A stretch of 63,450 nucleotides of DNA, counting the filler, from Choristocarpus tenellus KU-1152 (lineage: Eukaryota; Protista; Phaeophyceae): assembly GCA_964200185.2 (NCBI GenBank). It is 10 parts of 10 records of this genome, joined end to end, with 100 filler letters (N's around TTAATTAATTAA, not from the genome) between each part and the next. Parts side by side here need not be neighbours in the genome. Positions count along the whole stretch, not along the records: positions 56,173 to 63,450 come from CAXNAD020006421.1; 9 more parts are not named here. One strand, written 5' to 3'. The translations under genes were made by a program, and so were the position numbers. Shown here piece by piece: positions 57,717 through 63,450 of this stretch (positions are counted from its first letter, which is position 1; each line of letters begins with the position of its first letter). Under the pieces are notes generated by a model. That model worked only from the letters and a program-made list of their open reading frames with translations. It made no database searches and was not told the DNA's origin.

Positions 57717-57889
57717 ACAGCATGATGCACTCTCAAAGTCTCAGGCTGAACCTCCAACAATACCAGGATCACATGTCTTAGGCAATGAAGTTTAATTTTT
57801 TTCACATTTTTCCATTTATTTGCTGGGGTTGGTGATGAAGTAAGAGCAAATTAAAACACTGAGTATAAAGTTCCTCAGAGACCAAGTCT

Positions 57890-59690
57890 GAGTCAAAGCA
57901 TTTGATAGTGTAGGGTTTTTGTCCTGTTTGTCCATTCGGGGCTTGACTTCCTACGGGTTTTTAATGCCCCTTTTCAGTTTTCTGTGTGAACACTGTCACC
58001 TAAAATGTATTTTGACTATAAAAGGTGTGTCCGGAGCAAGGATATTGACACTTGCTACCAAAAACGATAGCCAAAATGAATCAAATCGAAACATTGGGTT
58101 AATGATCCTGAACGGACGCGGCCCCACTGTTGAAGAAATTTATGTTCCCAAGACTTGTGTATGTAAATGACTCGATTAATTCCTTGATGAGCTTGCCTGG
58201 GGTGGGGCTGGAGCATTTGTCACTGCCCCATGGGGGCCGAGTGGGGGAATGAGACCCACTAGGACTATGGAGATACATCAAATGCATCATCAGCTGGGTC
58301 AATGCCATGAGGCGATGGTACGCAGGTACATCAAGGAAATGTGGTATCACTAAAAGGGCCACCATGAGATCAAAGCTAAATTTGCTACATTTACCTGTGG
58401 GAGAGGATCCATCCACAGTCACCATGGAGCTGGACAGGATTGTGAAGAAAATGAGATCCCTAGAAGATGAACCGAGTGATGAGGAGCAATTAAGTGCCAT
58501 GCACAATAGCTTGACTGACGAATACTTTATTGAGATTTGACAGGTCACAGGGAGTGGACGAGAAGCAAGGCTGGATCTGCAAGGATGAATTTGCGAGACT
58601 TGTCACTCAGTTCATCTCCTAGGGATCTCATTTTCTTCACAAGCCTGTCCAGCTCCATGATGACAGTGGACGGATCGTCTCCCTCAGGTTAATGTAGCTA
58701 TTTTAGCTTTGATCTCATGGTGGCCCTTTCAGTGATACCACTTTTCCTAAAGTGGTTCCTTAGCGCTTGAAAAGCTTCGGAAGGACTGTCATGGTTGCTC
58801 GCCACTTGTTCCGTGAACCCATCCAAAGCCATCACCAGAGCAGCCATCGCCGTACTTGCTTTTTCTATTTCTCGTTCGGACCATCTAAAATCATCAAAGA
58901 AATCACTGCTGACTCTGATGTGATCTTCAATATAACAAAGTAACCTTCGAGTCGCCCACGACAGCACACGAAAGGAGCTTTCGCTCAAACGTTGCAAATC
59001 CTTCACCACCATCATCGCCACTATACATCTTGGATTTTGACGGCGGTGGTATAAGTCGTCGTAATCTCCATTCAGTTGGTGTCTCCTGTTGCGCGGTTCT
59101 GCTAACCGCCTCCTCGTCTTCGTCCTCAGACTCGACCACCTCTCCACCTTTTTCAACTGGGTGTTGCAGGTGTCGTGTCTCCATACTCTGGTCTTCTTGA
59201 AGTACTTCTTCTGTAACCGACAGCCTCCTCCATCGGGACTCCCCTTCAAATTGATTTAACGCTAGCCTTGAGAATTTAACACAATTGAGTAAGTAATGCT
59301 AGCTAGGATGTTAAAGAAATTTATGTTCCCAATGACTCGATTAATTCCTTATTGTGTAGATCAGGTTGTACATGAAGGAAGAAGGAGGTGAAAGGAAGGA
59401 GTGAACCTCAAAGCTCAAAGGGGGGGGTCCTTGTCACCTTGCCTTTCATATTCTAATAACACGTCACACATTCTGCGTCATTTGCTACAACCTTCCCTTC
59501 CTAGGATTCTTCTTGTTGTACCAGAATAACCCGGATATTTATTCTCATGGTTACTCAACAGAAACCTTCCTATCAATTATTCCGTTATAGAAACATAATC
59601 CAACAACTGATTATTTGTCCTACAAAATCTTCTTTTACACATGAATAAAAAGCACATTCTTAACACCTGCCCTCTTAAATGCTTTGGGTC
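57890..59690 (-). mobile_element. MITE subfamily B split by a Copia insertion (57890-58127 and 59666-59690)
   Basis: The left part ends at CGGACGCGGCCCCAC and the missing TIR CCTGCCCTCTTAAATGCTTTGGGTC resumes at 59666. The flanks are TCT/TCT. Confidence 0.82.
58128..59665 (-). mobile_element. Rearranged Ty1/Copia-like LTR retrotransposon remnant (intact LTR 59308-59665, LTR stub 58128-58188, gag remnant)
   Basis: The direct repeat TGTTRAAGAAATTTATGTTCCCAA..GACTCGATTAATTCCTT, outer ends TG..CA and 5-bp TSD CCCAC/CCTGC. The gag-like ORF reads SPSEAFQALRNHF..ERATMRSKL..GDDP..ELDRLVKKMRSLG (UBN2-like). Confidence 0.8.
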
Positions 59691-60306
59691 TCTCGGATTT
59701 CACAACAACCCGCCATCACAATTAAAAAAAAAAAACATATCGACACTTTATCCCAGTCAAATTTGGGTCTTTTCCGTCTTCACCCACTCCCTCCATCTTT
59801 TAATATTGTCATCTTCCNNNNNNNNNNGTCAAATTTGGGTCAAGCCCATCCTCAATGAAAAGCTCCATCCTCAATTTTTGAAATCGGCTGTTCTCAGTTC
59901 TAAGTGCTCTTTTGGCGTATACACCTACTCAGTACTATGTTTAATATGCTCATCTGCCAAACCCAGACAAACACATACCCGGATCACTGCCTCCTGTATG
60001 CAGGCTTGTAGCACTTGCTATGGAGAAGGGTATCCAGCAGGCTGTTGACTGGTTCATGTTTGACCAATTTGGGGAGCTGATTTGTTACAAAGTCGATCCT
60101 CCCCTGGCCTCATCACCAGAGGGGTCCGGCAGGGACAGTGACAACACCGAAGATTTTCCCATGGTATGCTGATGCCATCTTGACTCGTTAGTGGATCCTT
60201 GGCCCAATGTTTCAACTGTTTCCTCACAAAGGAGGCAGACCTTGCGACGGATGGGTTAGCTGCCTTCAGAGCACGCGCTTCAGCTCATTATAGCTAGAGC
60301 TCTAGA

Positions 60307-60583
60307 GGGCCCAAGAAAAAAAGAGAGGTCCCCCAGGTTTTGGTCATTGTGCAATTTAACTCTCTTTTGCCAATCTTTTGCAATTCACCCATATTTCTAT
60401 GGATGAGGTTCTAAGTTCGACACGAGAGCCTTTGTTCCTCTATCGTTTATTAAAAAGTTTTTCGATACAATTCAGAAAAAAGTTCCAATACACGTTTGTA
60501 AAAAAAAAAAGGTCGAATTTTGCAACGTATTTGTGAGCATCCTTAAAATGCAACTCTGGGTACCTCTCGTTTTGCTTTGACTC
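60307..60583. mobile_element. MITE subfamily D
   Basis: GGGCCCAAGAAAAAAAGAGAGGTCCCC ... GGGTACCTCTCGTTTTGCTTTGACTC (reverse complement GAGTCAAAGCAAAACGAGAGGTACCC), with flanks AGA/AAA. Confidence 0.75.
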
Positions 60584-61598
60584 AAAAAGGTAGGACATAC
60601 CACAAAGTGCTTCAAATCAAGGTCTAATTCTTGTTGTTCCCGATATTTTCCTCTGCAGACACTAGATCATTTTCCTCATTTGAGAGTATTCAGTCAAGGA
60701 AGGATTGACCCCTCCTCCCCATATGTGTCCAATTGGAGCCTTGAGAGGATAAAGTAAAAGCTCTAGTGCTTATATACGATCAGGCCATGAAGTAGCTACA
60801 TTTTTCTATGCCATTGCTCCCCTGGTCAACTACTGTACCCCAGAACCTCATCGATTTTCGCCCAAGAAGCATATTGCCACTGTCTAAAGTTAGAGCTAGG
60901 ACTCTTCTCAACCAAAAGCTGCAGAAGCATGGGATCCTTCTACGTACCTCCCCCTTATTCCCTTGTATGCAATTGGAAAAATACAAAGTGATATCCACGT
61001 TTCCTCTAAAATCTCATCTGGAATGTGGTGTGCCCCGTCCAGGTGAGGTTCCTTCTTATTGGGGGTTCCTCGTCCGCCCCCAGTGCCCCACCCCGGTTCT
61101 CTTTAGTGGTAGAATCGCCAGCAAACGGCACATTTCATCGGTTGGGCCTAGGTGAGGCAGGCCGGAATGTGAATGGGCGGGGGGGGGAATTGGACTTGGC
61201 AACTGGTGCTGCATCTTCACTTGCTTTCAGGGCAGGTTTAGATGTTATTGATGAGGCTTCTAACATATTTCTCGAGCGTCACAAGCATAGCAGGTTATGC
61301 CTTCACCTTCTTGGCAACGGTTCAAGTGGTGCAAGAGGTGGAGAAGGTGGAGAAGGTGAAACGACTGGTGAGCTCTAGAGCTGGCTCTAAAGTGAAACCA
61401 TTTACTAGGGGGGGGCGATTTTGGCAATTTTTGAGTTTAAAGTGTCTTTTTGGACATTGTGCAATATACGCCATGATTTGCAGGTGACTCCCCCCTAGGA
61501 GGGTGTGGCTGTTGTAGAATCTTTGCTGTGGAGACATTATTAGCCGAAATTGTCCTCCACATTCCTCAAAATAAAAATGCCACAAGGCAGTCATAGAA

Positions 61599-61857
61599 GA
61601 GTGAAAGTATCTTAGAGGGTACGAGTTATGCCCTGTTTGTACATTTGGGGCTTTGGCTTCCCACGTTTTTTTTATGACATTTTACCTGCTCCAAAATATT
61701 TCGGAGTAGGTAAATGTATATGTAATGAAAATGTGTGCCTGGAACAAGGATATCGACACTTCCTAACAAACACTGTAGCCAAAATTACATAGAAATCGCA
61801 ACATTGGATTTTGTTCCCCAAACGGACGCGGCTCTACCCTTTAAGATACTTTGATTC
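61599..61857 (-). mobile_element. MITE subfamily A
   Basis: Full TIRs, with TSD AGAA/AGAA. Confidence 0.9.
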
Positions 61858-62191
61858 AGAACCCCCTACAGCTTAACACCCCTCTCTTTGATGTTATCGC
61901 TCCTATTTTTCTTGTCTTAAAGAACTCATTCGACAGGATAGAGACAGGTGATGGTAATATCATAAGGTGAAGTTTTTTACTCATAGCCTCCAGGTCAGTG
62001 CCTGCCTCATGGACCTATTGGACAGTCTCCACGATGATCTTGGTTTCTGGGCATTTTTTACATAGTTTTTCAACAGGCGGTCAGAATTGGCACCTTGACA
62101 ACATAGGCAGTAGTGCCAACAAGCAAAGAGCGCAAATACAATCAAGAAGATGTTTTGGAAAAGAGGGTTTATGTATGGAGATGACAACGCA

Positions 62192-62447
62192 GAGCCAAAG
62201 TATCTTAGAGGGTAGAGCCGCGTCCATTTGGGGGGCACATTCCAGTGTTGTGACTTTGATGTAGTTTTGGCTATCGTGTTTGTTAGGAAGTGTCAACAAC
62301 CTTGTTCTGGTACACCTTTTCATAATGTATGCATTTTACCTACTCGAAATATTTTGCAGTAGGAAAATCTCATAAAAAACCTGTGGGAAGCCATGCCCCA
62401 AATGGACAACCAGGGCAAAACTCGTGTCCTCTAAGATACTTTCACTC
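62192..62447 (+). mobile_element. MITE subfamily A
   Basis: Full TIRs, with TSD CGCA/TGCA. Confidence 0.9.
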
Positions 62448-63450
62448 TGCACTATACTTCAGTAGCACAGTATAGTAAATGTCACACAATGTATGTTTGC
62501 GTATTTGAGTGGTGGTTGGTTGCCATTGCTACCCCCCCCCCCTGCCTAAACCCTAACAAGGACCCCTCTTTCACCTGTTGTGTGAGCTGTGACAACCAGA
62601 GAAGGAGAACAAATAAATCAATAAGATGTTTTGGACAAGAGGGGTTGGGTTAGTGTCCAAGAGGGATCGTGCTCGTTCCTCAGTCGTTTCAGGGTAGAAA
62701 AGTAAAGCAAAAGCAAAAGTTCTTTTGATGATGGCACTTCTTTTCAAACATCATGGTCACTCTCCATGCATTACACACAAGGAACAACACAACCCCCCCC
62801 CATATACAAAAAACAACCAAAACTGCCTTTGTGTTTCAGACATTTTCAAGGATGAAGGTTGCCACAGTTTCTTGAAAGAGGACATCAGGATTGACGTTGG
62901 GGGAATGGAGCCGGGGTGGCAAACCCTACAGGTACGAGCTGGTCTGTTTGTACTTTGGTGGACTGGGTTCCTATCTCGCGTGTGTCTATTTGTTATTAAC
63001 GGCCTCCTCCTTCTCCTGCACGATTTGCAACTCTTCAGTATATGAGATAGCATTATGGACTCATATGCATGATCGCCACCTCTCTGTGAACGGGATACAG
63101 CCTTTGTAGGGGAATTGTCCTCACAAAATCTACTAGTGCTTCAAAACTAGGCACGTATCAGCTCAACAGGGATCGCTTAGATGCTATGGAGCACTTCAGT
63201 GTTTTTAAGTGCTCCACTTCTAAATAAATTATTTTGGGGGGTGAAGGGGGTAGCACATGCTTTCCCCAATACTTGTAGCAGATTTTAATTCAACCTAAAT
63301 TGGCTTGAGGCTAGACTCGAAGTATCTGGGGGGCGTGGCGGCTGTCCATTTGGGGGCAATTTTTTCATGTCGCGATTTTGGGTGATTTGGTTGCATATGT
63401 CGGATGGATAATGTAAATACACTTTTCCTGATTTTGACCCAAATGGACAC

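Noticed and set aside
60600-61560. Overlapping 70-117 aa ORFs (also 62725-63109)
   Set aside because: No domain or splice structure could be supported; probably decayed repeat sequence.

Overview
Repeat-rich, intron-rich nuclear DNA from a photosynthetic stramenopile (ochrophyte, probably brown-algal lineage or a close relative). The basis is a bipartite ASAF-type plastid presequence, a plastid-type nucleotide transporter, TTAGGG-type repeats and long GT-AG introns. The window is not contiguous: ten contigs are joined by nine artificial 100-nt spacers (N44-TTAATTAATTAA-N44), so most genes are truncated and adjacency across spacers means nothing. Genes I could splice by hand: MetAP2 (3' six exons), a TM9SF protein divergent to a PP6/SIT4 regulatory (SAPS) subunit, an ATP/ADP transporter (3' six exons), a coiled-coil/WW protein divergent to a complete plastid-targeted NEET (CDGSH) protein, and a membrane-anchored GNAT-like protein. 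The rest is mostly decayed transposons: a Tc1/mariner fossil, about 17 GAGTCAAAG-ended MITE copies or ends (Sola2-like), a chromodomain Gypsy element with solo LTRs, a Copia remnant, CRE-like LINE 3' ends, a long-TIR element, a Helitron-like 3' end and OTU-protease remnants. No new biological system is proven. The best leads are (i) a tandem array of decoy 3' splice sites built from the MetAP2 intron/exon junction, (ii) sister MITE subfamilies with the same termini but 4-bp versus 3-bp TSDs, (iii) repeated head-to-head inverted TE fragments able to form hairpin RNA, (iv) CpG-island-like promoters in a CpG-decayed background, and (v) frequent interstitial telomeric insertions. All coordinates and counts were made by eye.
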